Notes: generated by a model from the sequence alone, not told the origin. A DNA stretch of 64,000 nt from Octopus sinensis (GCF_006345805.1 NC_043022.1:8432001-8496000), one strand, 5' to 3'; counted from the first letter of the stretch, positions 13,265-26,530 are shown. Translations and numbers: made by a program.

Positions 13265-13720
13265 AATACATTTCCGATTCTTTCTTGATTGCACCTATTT
13301 TTTCCATCTTGTCCCAAATCACATAACTAAATCAGCTTTCTATCATCAAAGGAGCCTTCTGAGTGGCCATTTTTCAATCCTTTGGATACCACTCAGCAAC
13401 TGCATAGGTCTACCTGTTGTCTGTGAACCCTGCAACATGTCTGGCTGAGTGGAACTTATGTTTTCAGCATTCTACAATGACATCATTCACTTCACTCTGT
13501 TCTCAAATTATTTCATTTTGAATATGTTCATGTAATAGTATTCCTAGCATGAATCTTCTCATGGCCCTTTGCATCATAGCCTATCATGTTTGTCTCTCTT
13601 CATAATAGACCACATCTCACTTGAGTGTAAGCTAGGATGGTGCTATTAATAATGTTTTTAGTGTAGAGCATAATGCAATTTTATTCTGCTTATGCAGTAC
13701 CACTGCAAAGCAGCAGATTG
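13265..13720 (-). mobile_element. Decayed RTE-clade LINE, ORF2 C-terminal remnant
   Basis: Minus frame QRAMRRFMLGILLHEHIQNEII*EQSEVNDVIVEC*KHKFHSARHVAGFTDNR*TYAVAEWYPKD matches RTE QRxMxRxMLG..WAGHVAR.TDNRW..V.EWYP; several stops. Confidence 0.8.
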
Positions 13721-14835
13721 TTTATTCACTATATGTATGTATTTCAGACAAGTGGATTTGATTTTGATTTAGAAGTGACATGAATATGCAACATTGATAA
13801 ACCACAATTATGGCAAAATACTGTATCTGTTACTCTTGTAATCACCACTAGGGTGATTTTGTTTCACCTAGATCTGAAGTATAATGTGTATTTAAACATT
13901 ATAATATATCTTTAAATGGATATTTCTTGGATAAAAAACCAGTTTCTAACATTTAGAGAAAAATCCAGAATTTAGTGTTAAATTTGCCTTCCATACATTT
14001 TAATTGATTAATTACATTTTTCATTTTGATTCTAGGATTATACAATATAATTTCTATCTACATGTATGTAGTCCTATCAGAAGGATATATTCTGCATATC
14101 TGTGACTTCATGGATTTTCGTGGTTTTTCAACTACTTTAATTCTAAGTTAAGCATCACTCATAGATTTTCCAAATCTAAGGGCTAATTCTCCTGTTAGTC
14201 TAGCATCAAAAACATTATCTCTTGGAACTAGTCAATATTACATCATGTGTTTACTTTATCTATCTTCTTACTAATGCTTTGTAGCTATTTCATAGTTTGT
14301 TTCAATACCAAAGGTGAGTTCCATAAAATTCTTTTTATATTCTCTAATTTTTCTTTGCCTCCTTGCACACCTTGATTCTGACTCTCTGGTTGTTTCCTGA
14401 GAACTGCACGAGGCACATTAAGTCCTGTGCATGTTTCCTTACTTCACCAGGTTTGCACAAGTGGATATGTTTGACTATATTAATCTTAATATTACGTGAT
14501 AAAGCTGTATTTCCTGTGAGCTATATACTTAGAAACTATGGATTTCACATAATATGTATTGAGGAGTTGTACTTTGTTGTCTATAGTCTCTAGCCAAAGT
14601 TCAATAACAAGGACAGAGTGTCTCTCATTAGGATGAATAATAGTCTATTGTCACTTTAAACTTTGGTGGATGGAGTTAACTATCTGCTGGATGCTCTCCA
14701 TGGCAGTCTTTCCAAGTTCATAAGCGTGACTTTGTGGAGTTGCTTTAATTATGACATATCATCTACATACCTACAGTATAGTTTTTAGATACTTTTCTTC
14801 CAAAGATTATCTATCTATTTCTCTCTCTCTCTCTC

Positions 14836-14897
<62 letters not shown>

Positions 14898-15624
14898 GGG
14901 AGAGGGAGAGAGAGAAACGATATATATATATGCATTCATTTATTTCACTTTTATTCAGTTCATACTCACACACACACACTCATGCTAAAATGAAATTTCG
15001 ATTGAAATAAAAAATTTTAAAAAATAACAATTAATAAATAAAATAAAGATGAAACAAACATAAATATAAAAATTTTGAAAAAGATTTTTAAAAAATATTC
15101 ATAATCATTGAACTTTTTTAATTAATCATACAGCAAATATATGAGACATTTTTAAATTGCAAGCTTCTATCTAATGAAACACAAATGAATATTTTTATGT
15201 TTGGAATTATTATTTAAGAGGGGCAACAAGGAGGAAGAAAATAAAGGCATTTTCAAAATAGATTGTCTATTGAGTCCACTCCTCTTTTAAGCTTCTCTTT
15301 TTATTATTATTATTATTATATATTTTTTCATTTTACCTTAATTTCTTAATGGATTTAGATGGATTTTATGATATAATTTGAAAAGTATGCATTATTTTAG
15401 GCTTTGATAAACTACTTAAAAACTAGTATTTGACAACTACCTTTAACTAAAGAGATTATTTATAAAAATGTTATCTAGTTGTGCAAATTATAAAATATAT
15501 TCAATAAAATACATTGAAATTTAATTAAAAATATTTTTTCATTATTAAAACTGAATTGCTTTTGATAATTTTCAATGATAAAAATTCATAGAGCATATTT
15601 CTGTATCATTTATAAATCAACCTG

Positions 15625-15785
15625 ATGATGATGATGATGATGATGGTAGCAGTGGTGGTGATGATGGTGATGATCATGATGGTGGTGGTGGTAGTAATGG
15701 TCTTGATGATAGTGTTGATATTAGTTGTGATAGTTATGGTGGTGGTAGGGGTACTTGTAGTGGTGGTGATAGTGGTGATGATGAT
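15625..15785. repeat. Degenerate (GAT/GGT)n trinucleotide tract
   Basis: Read directly; explains the poly-Met/Val ORF 15625-15810. Confidence 0.9.
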
Positions 15786-15940
15786 GTTTAATTCAACTAA
15801 CTTACTTTAAAATTAAAATGTACAGACTAATTTTGTTTTATATATATTTATTTATTCCTCTTACTTGAGTCAATGTTAAATTGCGACAGTGGTTTCCCAG
15901 TGTAGTAGGTCTGTCAACCAACCAAATTTCAAAATGTTCA

Positions 15941-16335
15941 TAGGCACAGGTGTAACTGTGTGGTTAAGAAGCTTGCTTCCCAATCTTGTGAAGTTGGGTT
16001 CTATCCCACTGCGTGGCACTTTGGGCAAATGTCTTCCCTTATAGCTCTGGGCTGATCAAAGTCTTGTGAGTGGATTTGGTTGATGGATACTGAAAAAAGC
16101 CTGTCATATACCTGTGTACATATATATATGTGTGCATCTTTGTGTTTGTCCCCCAACACCACTTGTCAACTGGTGCTGGTTTGTTTACATTCCCATAACT
16201 TAGTGTTTCAGCAAAAGAGACCAATAGAATAAGTACTAGCTATAAAAAACTAAGTACTGGGTTTGATTTGTTGAACAAAACCCTTCAAGGTTGTGCCATA
16301 GCATGACTGCAGTCAAATCACTGAAATAGGTAAAC
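15941..16335 (+). mobile_element. SINE family B
   Basis: Head, TA/TG core and tail match the family. Further copies at about 10188-10510(-), 17628-18003(-), 19755-20125(-), 26700-27030(+), 28094-28495(+), 36590-36905(-), 60305-60830(+). Confidence 0.85.
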
Positions 16336-19300
16336 AATATAAGATTACAACAGCTGCTAATAGGCATGAATACCGTTCTGTTTTAGATAATCTTTTCCTC
16401 CCTAAGTTAGAGTATGTTAAGCAAGGAGTCAGTTGAATGACTGAGTTCAACCCACAAATCTGTTGTTCTGGATTGACCATGCTTAGTGTTTGAAGGGTCT
16501 TCTTGCTAATATTTATATCATTCACCCATATCCATAGGCCAAAGAATTTACACACATATATATACAGGCACATACACATGCTCACGCATAAATATATATA
16601 TATGCACACACACATATATACATATATATGTACATATATATGCACACAAACACACACCTACACTTGACCAGCAAATGCAGATTTGCTACTTGTAAAAAAC
16701 TAGGTTGTTTTTACATGAGATAATTAGTAATTTACAAATTGTTTGCCTTGAAAAAGGGGATTGAATCTATTCAAGTACCATATTTGATTGCATTTATGAT
16801 GCACTTGTTTTCCAAAAGAAAGTTCCATAAAAGCCATCAAGTCCTATAGGCAAAGTTGAGCCTCCCAAAAGCTTTAATATACTGAAGCTGTTTTTTTTTG
16901 TCTGCATAAGTGCTGTTGAAATTGATTAGGATCCATCTAATATGTCTTTGCATCTTTTATGCCTTCAAATATGATATATACTGTACATAAATAAATTTTG
17001 TGTAGATTTTTAAGTAGCTTCTCTTTATGTTTGTATGGCTTAGAGAAAGACAAGCAAAATTCATGACCTTATTGTAGAGCTACAATGAGAGACAGAAGGA
17101 ATGTGGACTAGTGATTCAGGCATTGCATTAAAACTGCAAGATCATCATTTTGCTCAACAGGCCAGGTGGTGCATTGTGTTCTTGAGTTCCTTTCATATTG
17201 CTCCAGTTCACATAGCTATCAATAAGTAACTTTAATAGGCTGGCCTCCTATTTAGAGTGAATGTTGTGATCTCAGCCACTATGGAAACTGGGTAACCAGT
17301 GCTATGAGTACTAGGACTTGAGACAGTAATATTCAGGGGTTGATGAGGATGTAAGAGGTAGGAAGTTATTCTCAGTAAGGTGACTTGACAGAAATACTTG
17401 CTGCAAGCAACTAAAAAAAGCCATCCGATGAGCAGATAATAGTGCTGGATAAACTAGGTGACAGATAATTTCTGCCCACTAAATTTTGCTTGCAAGGCTT
17501 CAGTCAACCCAGGCTATAGTAGAAGACACATGCCTATAGCACAGCATAAGATGACTGAACTTGAAAACCTATAGCTGCAAGTAAACTTCTTAACAATGCA
17601 ATCATGCCCATAATAATTTTTTTCCCCTTTTTTGCTTGTTTCAGTCATTGAACTGCAGCCATACTTGGGCACTACCTTAGAAGGTTTAGTTGAACAAATT
17701 GACACCAGCACTTATTTTTTCAAGTCTGGTACTTATTCTATTGGTCACTTTTTCTGAACTGATGAGTTACAGGAACATAAGTGAACCAATGCTTATTGTC
17801 AAATGGCATGAGAGGGACACACATACAATATATATATATATAATTACACACAACAGTCTTCCACACAGTTTTTCTCTACCAAATTCACTCACAAGGCATT
17901 GACCAACCTAGGGCTGTAGTAGAAAACACTTGCCCAAGGTGCTGCACAGTAGGACTGAACCCAAAACCAGATGGCTGGAAAACTAGTTTCTTAACCACAC
18001 CTATCTACTATCAAATAATCATTTCTGAACCCTTAAAACAACTTTCTTCCCTCAGTATTTCCTTGAGAGTAATAATTCCCATCAACTATCGCAAGTTCTT
18101 TCTTTGGTTCATCACAACCAAATAGTTATAGATAACCATAATGGAACAATGCTGTCTATCAGATTTCATGCTTGTTCTGAAAATTCTGTAGCATATTCTG
18201 GTTTTATTTTTGTCTAACTATAAAGGGTTCATATATAGTCAATTAATTGAACCTATTCTCCTTTGATTAGACAAGTAAAGTGGCCTAATCTAGCTACCCG
18301 ATAAAAAATTTTCAGAAGGCTAAAAAAATATTTTTTCCTTTGAAAGTGGTTATTGTGGTTGTCTACTGAAGAATGAGAAAATATATACAGACAGCAAAAG
18401 AACTATGAAGGAAAATAAAATGGTAAGCAGTGTGGAAGAGGAATAAAATTGATATGATTAATATATTTCTCCTTCATGTGTCTGTTGGTTTGGTATTGGA
18501 AAAGGGAGTGGGTTGAAGAAAATTTCAAAGAGGTGCTGCTTTAGATAAGAAAACATGACAACATCAATGTGATGCTTTGAACAGTATTGGAATGGTGCCA
18601 GCAAATTTTACAGAGCAGAAAATGTTGCAGTAATTGTTGAAGAAGTAAAAGAAAAACTTTAGAATTAACATTAGCTAGAGGGTAGATTTTTATCAGTAAA
18701 GGAGTATCCAACAGATGGCACCCCCACTACCTTTATAGTATTAATTTTATAGCCTGTCCTGTTGTGTCTGCTGATGAAGCTTGTATCTTCTCCATCATGC
18801 CTTACTTCTATTTGCTTATTTTACATCAATACGTGGTGCCTAATGAAAATTCAGTACCATTAGGAACAACTTGTGCTTTTGCAAACCAGTTTTATGTTTT
18901 TCTATGTTCTAGTGAGGAGAAAGGAGTAGTGTACATAACTTTAAAAATCCTCCAAGCCTGGGAAAATCAATGTTGTTTGTTGTTTACATCATAAGAATTT
19001 AGAAACTTTGAGAGAACATAAAATAAAGCTACAAATAAATCCTTCTGCTATAGGTGCATGGCCTGAAATTTTGGTGTGAGGGCAGGCTACTTGATTACAT
19101 TATCCCTAGTGAATGATTGGCACTCAGTTTATTGGCCCTGAAAGGAGGAAAAGCAAAGTTGACCTCATATATAATAATTATTTCAAATTTTTAGTATGAG
19201 GCCAACAATTTCGAGGGGAGAGAGGCAGGTTGATTACATCTCTCCCAGTACTTGTTTGAGACTTATCTTATTGACCTTGAAAGGATGAAAGGCAAAGTCA

Positions 19301-20399
19301 GTTTCAGTGGAATTTGGACTGTTAGTTATTTTATTAACCTTGAAAGAATGAAAGGCAAAATCAAATTAACCAGAATTTGAATTCAGAACGTAAAACTGGA
19401 AGAACTGCTATCTAGCAATTTGTCTAATGTGCTAATCGTTATGCCTGCTCAATACATTAGCTAAAGCTATAGATAATAGCATGTAAATATTAGACTTTAA
19501 AAAAAAACAATATTTACATGCTTTTTTAATGTTGTTTATGTTCTGCTTCAGCGGCTGTAAGTCAACACCTGCAAGAAAATCATGGTGAAGGAGAGAATTT
19601 CAGGGGAATAGTTTACTGTCACTGGAGGGTAGGATTGAGTGCAGCTGTTGATATTGTGGCTTGAAAGAATGATGAGACACAGTAGGATAATGAAAGGAGA
19701 AGAGACAATTACTACATTGGTTAGGTCTGGATGAAAATATTATCTTTTATCCTTTTATCCTTTCAGTTAGGGGATTATTGTCATGCTGGGGCACTACCTT
19801 GAAGAGTTTAAGTCAAACAAATCGACCCCAGTTCTTATTTTGAAGTTGACCATTCTCTTTTGCTGGACTGCTTAGTTATGAAGACATAAACAAACAAATA
19901 CCGGTTGTCAAGTGGTGGTTGTTGGGCACAAACAAAGACACATATACTCATATACAACAAGCTTCCCTACAGTTCCTGCTTCCAAATTTACTCGCAAGGC
20001 ATTGGTCAACCTGAGGAAAGTGTAGAAGGCACTTGCCCATGATGTTGCACTGTGGAGCTGAACCCAAAACCACATAATTGCAAGGTGAGCCTTTAACGAC
20101 ACAGCCATGCTTGTACTTATGTATGCAACTGACTGTTGAATAATTAGAAAGAGAGTGAGAAAGAGATGTGATAGTGCGGCTGTAGATTAGACAGTATAGT
20201 GTATTGTGAGTCTTTGTTAAACCATTCATTTTTTTTAATGTGTGTGATGGTGGGGGGCAAGAATGGCAAATAATGAGTTTTTTTCTTTGCTGCATAATTA
20301 TCTCTACTTAGCTTATTTAGTGATGCCTTCATGAAATATGTTAATACTAACTTAATTATTGTCTTTTCATGCAGATGGCTTCTGAGACTAATTTAATTC

Positions 20400-21400
20400 T
20401 CAGACCATTTCTATGCTTCTGTGCCAACAAGTAGGCTATTCTCATGAAAGTTAAACCAGAAGAGGTTTTCAAAAATTTTGAGAATGCCAAGGGAAAAAAT
20501 CACTATGTACCTGTAAACATAAGTTGAAATGGTTCATTTTTGACCAGCCACCAGCAACAACTTCACATTTAGCAGCTTAGATCTGCTGCCACACAGACCC
20601 ACTTGGGTTCCATCCCAGGTGGCAACCCACAGACCCAAGCTCTTGTCAACTTCTTGTCAACAGGACTTTCTGGCCCTCCAGGGGCTGGCTCACAAACCTG
20701 CAAGCCCCTTCAGGGGTGTCAAACACCAACCACACTTGCATATTTGGCATCTCTGAAAATAAATTTTATGGTTGGCAGATACTCTGCCAACTTTTTCTCT
20801 ATCTTAATTTTCTTGAAGATGGTGATGGTGTCAAGCAACTTTTAGTATGTCCTCAACCACACTGTCCTCTCTTCCAAGTCTTTCATCCACTCTTTGGGTG
20901 GGACAGTCTCCCACTTCAAAACAGTGTCTAGTTTCTTCACCATGTTCTTTAGAAGACAAAAAAAGTTCAAAAGAAAGTCTCAAAAAGAGACAAAAAAAGA
21001 AGGAAAGAAAACAGTTCAAGAACACGGCGACCACAATTTTCTGGCCAACTGGTACTCCTGGCCAACTTGTACTCCAAATAGCAACAGGAACACAGCAACC
21101 GGACCACAGCTCCACAAATTTCACCAATAATTGGTGAAAAAAATTCTACAATTTTTGGAGGTGGGATATGCCCCCAAAACAGCACACTTCTCACCGCTAA
21201 GTGAGACACTAAGCGCAACTACAGGCAAACAAATGCCTGGAATCCAGTAGAGATTTCTTGTTAAAAAAAAACAATAAATAAACACAAACAACAAACCCCT
21301 ACTGAATTCCCAAAAGACAAATGCCTTACCTTGTAGTTGCGCTTCAGTAGTTCAATAATTCACGACGCCACACACCAGCATCATGACTCCTCTCAGTGTA
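20400..21400 (-). mobile_element. Probable 5' end (5' UTR and decayed ORF1) of a non-LTR retrotransposon
   Basis: GC-richer island. A minus frame from ATG 20943 reads MVKKLDTVLKWETVPPKEWMKDLEERTVWLRTY*KLL..RAWVCGLPPGMEPKWVCVAA with about 4 stops in 125 codons, below a CpG-retaining UTR-like region. Family assignment is from recollection only. Confidence 0.45.
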
Positions 21401-21579
21401 AAGTAAGCAAGCTACTTACCACATGACCACTCCTGCACCTATATAGAAAATATTTTTCCTGAAAATGTCGCACATTTTTCGTTACACACATCACACTAGG
21501 TAAATGAGACTTGTGATCACAAACATTGTTTTCCATCAAACTCATTGGCATTTTTGGAAATTTCAGGATCAAGGCAAAC

Positions 21580-21795
21580 TAGTGGCTTTCAATTATTTTT
21601 TGCCTATGGACCCCTTTTGTTCCTGTTTTACTCTACTGGCCCTTATGTTAAAAGCAATCTTATTATATTTTTATAATTAGATATTATTAGGAATTGTAGG
21701 GAAAATATTGTTAAAATATTTTGTGTTGTAAAAGCATATCCAATTTATTGTTTGTAACAACGAAATCTTGTATGGACTCTGGTTGAAAATCACTG
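21580..21795. mobile_element. Possible hAT-type MITE
   Basis: Imperfect TIRs TAGTGGCTTTCAA / TTGAAAATCACTG (CAGTGGTTTTCAA type); 8-bp TSD not recognisable. Confidence 0.4.
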
Positions 21796-24120
21796 TTGTA
21801 AATAAACACCATGGGGCTTTTTTGCTGCTCTGGAAAAATTCAGTGGAATTGGCAGTTACTATTTTCAGGTGAAAAATGGTGTTTTGTATACAACATACAT
21901 CACTTTTTCAACATATTTATATTCCAGGAAAAAAATTGTTTAATACTTTGCCTGGGTAAAGATTACTGTGCAAAAGAATTATACAATTCTTGTAAATGTT
22001 TGAGTTATAGCTTAGGTATTCCATAATCTGTTTCTCTGACTGTCACGTACGTCACGTGAGATTGGCTATTGACTGTACATTATCTTTTACTTATTTCAGT
22101 CATTAGACTGTGGCCATGCTGAGGTACCACATTCATTATTGTACATTTAATAAGTGTTTCTTTCTCATTATTTCAACAAATAAAGTCAAGTCTGGGTTTT
22201 GACGAGGTTTAATAAGACAGAAATGCATCTGGAGTTATCTGTTAGACTTTTTAATAGAATAAATATAACATGTCAATGGCTAATATTGACATACAGAATT
22301 CTCTCAAGAATGAAAAAAAAAATACAAGCCAAAAACTAATATTGATTTTTACCTCAGTGTTTAATATTCTCTGTCTTAACAATTCTATGACTATATATTT
22401 TAATTAATTACACTGCCCATATGTTTTAATTCAGTTGGAATATAATCAACAATTTGAAAGTATTTAATAAAACAATTAGCTTTTGTATAATCTCTTTATT
22501 ATTAATCAGCTGAAGTTGCTGAGTGAATCATGGGTCAAGATTTTGGTGCATTGGCACTAATCAAACACAAAACACACAGCCCTTGAGTCACTCAGTAAAT
22601 TCAATAGATTTATAATTTTTTCTACTATAGGCACAAAGGAGCCAATTGATTACATTGACCTCAGAGTTTGACTGGTACTTATTTTATCGACACTAAAAAA
22701 AGGCCAAATCAACTTTGGTGGAATTTGAACTCAGAATGTAAAGCCAAATGAAATGCTGCTGAGCAGTTTGTCCAGCGTGCTAACAATTCTCACCAACTTA
22801 ATAATTAAAATATATATGTACTCATATATTGAGTTTTATTTTCCTTTTTGTATCACGAAATCTATAGCATTTACATTATTAATCTAGTGTTTGTAACATG
22901 ACATGACAAAGAGGTTATTAAATAATTCTATATAATAAGCCTCTATTAGCTTACATAACTACAGTGTATGTTGTATATTTGTTATATATGGATAGGTGCA
23001 GGTGTAGCTATAGGTGCAGACATGACTGTGCGGTAAAGAAGTTTGCTTCCCAACCACATGGTGTCAAGTTCAATTGCTTGAGCAAGTGTCTTCTACTATA
23101 GTCCCTGGTTGAATGACCTGTTAATGGAATCAGTAGAGGGAAATTGAAAGAAGCCTGTCGTGTTTATACATATATATATGTGTGTGTGTGTGCATGTATA
23201 TATATATATATATACACACATTTGTATTTATAAATATGTGTGTACGTATATATGTGTGTATGTATGTATGTATCTATCCATATATATATATATATATATC
23301 TTTTTATCATCATCATATATCCATTTTCCATGCTGGCATGGTTTGGATGGTTTGACTGTAAACTGATAAGTGGGGAGCTGCATTAGATTCCAATCTGATT
23401 TGGCCTGATTTCCTAATGCCAACCACTCCAATAGTGTAGTGAGTGCTTTTTACATACCATCGGCATGGGTACCAGTTATGTAACACTTGCATCGACCACA
23501 GCTATGATATACATACACATGTATGTCTACGAATGTGTATGTGTCTTCTTGTCTTGACATTTCATACATAATAGTTTTAATGAATATCATTCATTTCCAC
23601 TATTCTGTGAAAATATGTATGGCTTTAGGGATAATATAATCTTACTCGGAAAGAGATATAGGTTGACAACATGAAGGGCATCTGACTATGGAAAATCTGC
23701 CTCAGTAAACTGTCCTTGAATAAACTCTGTCATGGAAAAATGGATGTCAAAATGTTGATGATGATAATACAAACACTTAACCACAAGAGGTTTTTTTATC
23801 CAAAAGAATCAAAATTGTTCTTTCATTTTTTGTTTGTTTTGTTCTTATATTTTTCTGGTTTCAAATACTGGAATGTAGTTATAAGGGTGCTCCTTTTAAG
23901 GGCTTTAAATTGATCATACTATGTGTTGTATTTCTCTTAATTTGCTACTTATTTGATTATATACATAAGTGCATACATATATATTTATCCATATGTTTGT
24001 GTATACATAAGAATATGTGTATGTAGAAATATATATACATGTATATATGAATATACATTTGTATAAATGTATGTATGTATACATATATATATACACACAC
24101 ACATATACATGTTTATATAA

Positions 24121-24165
<45 letters not shown>

Positions 24166-24192
24166 TACATGTTTATATAAATACATATAAAT

Positions 24193-24239
<47 letters not shown>

Positions 24240-24370
24240 ATAAATACAAAATGGGACAAGAATGCAAAACATCCAAATAGACGATACAAAAAACACGGAC
24301 GGGTCATTTGAAGCCTTTAATCTTCAGTCAAGAACTGGATCATCCTTGTAATTTCGGCTGATAAATCTTG
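24240..24370 (+). repeat. Dispersed repeat family D
   Basis: Matches 10805-10905 and, in reverse, 30050-30135 (CAGCCGAAATT..GACTGAAGATT.AAGGCTTC). Confidence 0.7.
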
Positions 24371-24443
24371 ATATATACACATACATGTTTATATAAATAC
24401 ATACATACATCGATACACACACACACACACGTTCATAAATATA

Positions 24444-24497
<54 letters not shown>

Positions 24498-24546
24498 TAC
24501 TTTATTAAAAGCAGCAGAAATATCACAAAAACTGTTACTCATATAT

Positions 24547-24845
24547 GGAGAAGTTCTTAAGCAGATCAGGCCGAAAATGTCACTAGAAGCTAGGATCACC
24601 AAGCATAGATTGGCATATTTTGGTCATATTATGAGGAGAAAATCCCAGGAGAAGGACATCATTCTTGGAATGGTCAGTGGCAAGAGAGGAAGAGGCCGAC
24701 CAAGAACCCACTGGCTTGACACCATCAAGAGTGATACTGGAATGGACATAGCCAGTCTGAAAGAAGCGTCCCAGGATAGAACTGACTGGAGGACACTGAT
24801 CCATGGAGTAACCGAGAGTTGACTTCGACTGAGCGGATAGATAGA
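24547..24845 (+). mobile_element. 5'-truncated RTE (BovB-like) LINE 3' end
   Basis: EVLKQIRPKMSLEARITKHRLAYFGHIMRRKSQEKDIILGMVSGKRGRGRPRTHWLDTIK..QDRTDWRTLIHGVTES is the canonical RTE C-terminus (YFGHIMRR, GRGRPRxxWLD). Confidence 0.92.
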
Positions 24846-24877
24846 GATATATATACATACATATTTGTATGTATATA

Positions 24878-25455
24878 TATAAGCGAGAAAGAAGCAACAA
24901 GAATGGATAGGTTTTTAGTACAATCGTTTCATACAAGGACAGGCTTTATTAAAAGTTGCAAAAATTACAGCATATAAACGTGTCCCGTACTCATCAGCTA
25001 AAATACATGTGAGTTCTCTAGACATCCTAGTGGTTGAGGCTATACTCATGAAGTAATGAAGATAATTAAGTAACATAAACATAAACAGATATCCAAAGTT
25101 CATTAAATCCCTCATCATATCTCTGGAAATTCATATGTGCACTATGGATTAGGTCACCTTCTCTGGGTTGCTATTAAAACTTTTTTAAAATTCTGTGATA
25201 AGACTGTACATCATCTTTAAAGAACTTTAATGAACTTTGGATATCTGTTTATGTTTATGTTACTTAATTATCTTCATTACTTCATGAGTATAGCCTCAAC
25301 CACTAGGATGTCTAGAGAACTCACATGTATTTTAGCTGATGAGTACGGGACACGTTTATATGCTGTAATTTTTGCAACTTTTAATAAAGCCTGTCCTTGT
25401 ATGAAACGATTGTACTAAAAACCTATCCATTCTTGTTGCTTCTTTCTCGCTTATA
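24878..25455. mobile_element. Foldback element: perfect 230-bp inverted repeats around a 118-bp spacer
   Basis: 24878-25107 is the exact reverse complement of 25226-25455 by manual comparison; ORFs 24915-25118(-) and 25230-25418(+) share an identical 62-aa translation. Confidence 0.93.
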
Positions 25456-25588
25456 ATCACCCCACATTACTGTATGTTAAAACAGTATAGTTTTTTTTGG
25501 TGCATCTAAGTTAGGTACCATATTCAAGTAAATTCATTTAAATTAACTTGAATCTTTATTGCTTTTTGTATATATATATATATATATA

Positions 25589-25857
25589 CTGGAGTAAGCA
25601 CATAAATGTGAAACAAGGTGGAAAAAAGAGTACTCAAATATCAGAGGTAGAGTAATATGCTTTATTAAAAGCATCAGAAATATCACAAAAACTGTTACTC
25701 AAAGTTTCACATTTCGATTCATCAGTTTTGTTAGAATCTAACAAAACTGTCTGATGAACATGAACGTGAAACTTTGAAATTTAACAAAACTGTTCAACCA
25801 GCGGGAATGTGAAACTGAGTAACAGTTTTTGTGATATTTCTGCTGCTTTTAATAAAG
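25589..25857. mobile_element. Inverted Penelope-like pseudo-LTR remnant with three minimal hammerhead motifs
   Basis: Arms 25660-25712 / 25806-25857, central palindrome 25723-25749, CTGATGA..GAAA cores on both strands, motifs followed by AATAAA. Confidence 0.75.
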
Positions 25858-25862
25858 TATAT

Positions 25863-26530
25863 ATCATCATCATCATCATCATCATCATCATCGTTTAATG
25901 TCCGTTTTCTGCGCTAGTACGGGTTGGATGGTTCGACCGGGGTCTGGGGAACCAGGGGCTGCTCCAGGCTCCAGTCTGATCTGGCAGTGTTTGTACAGCT
26001 GGATGCCCTTCCTAGCGCCAACCACTCTGTGAGTGTAGTGGGTGCTTTTTACGTGCCACCTGCACAGGTGCCAGAGGGGTCTGGCATCGGCCACGATCGG
26101 ATGGTGCTTTTTATGTGCCACCGGCACAGAAGCCAGTCGAGGCGGTGCTGGCATCGGCCACGTTTGGATGGTGCTTTTTATGTGCCACCGGCACAGAAGC
26201 CAGTCGAGGCTGCACTGGCAATGGCCACGATCGGATGGTGCTTTTTATGTGTCACCGGCACAGGTATCACAACTACTGTTTCCATTGATATTTGGTTCGA
26301 TGTTCATGTACATGCACTTGACTCAACAGGTCTCTTCAAGCACAGCGAGATGTTCCGGGATCCAAGGTACTTTGAATGGGCAGGGGGTATGCGGAACTGG
26401 TGCCGGAAGCATCCCGGGTCTTAGTAGTCACAGCACATCTCCAGAGATCTCGGTCCTTCGCCATTGCCTCAGTGAGGCCCAACGCTCTGAGGTCATGCTT
26501 GACTACCTCATCCCATGTCTTCCTGGGTAC
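25863..26530 (-). mobile_element. 5'-truncated RTE LINE with long 3' UTR, internal VNTR and (GAT)n tail
   Basis: Minus strand PRKTWDEVVKHDLRALGLTEAMAKDRDLWRCAVTTKTR (RTE C-terminus), then about 60-66-bp repeats, TTGGCGCTAGGAAGGGCATCCAGCTG and GGACATTAAACGATGATGATG. Short tail-only relatives at about 23310-23510, 27105-27250, 42290-42480, 50350-50510, 52150-52290, 59975-60180. Confidence 0.9.

Noticed and set aside
18600-18800. Possible RT remnant (KGVS..VSADEACIFS resembling YADD)
   Set aside because: Motif spacing and flanks are too weak to distinguish from chance.
24915-25418. Two identical 62-aa ORFs as a duplicated gene pair
   Set aside because: Identity follows from the perfect inverted repeat; no recognisable domain.
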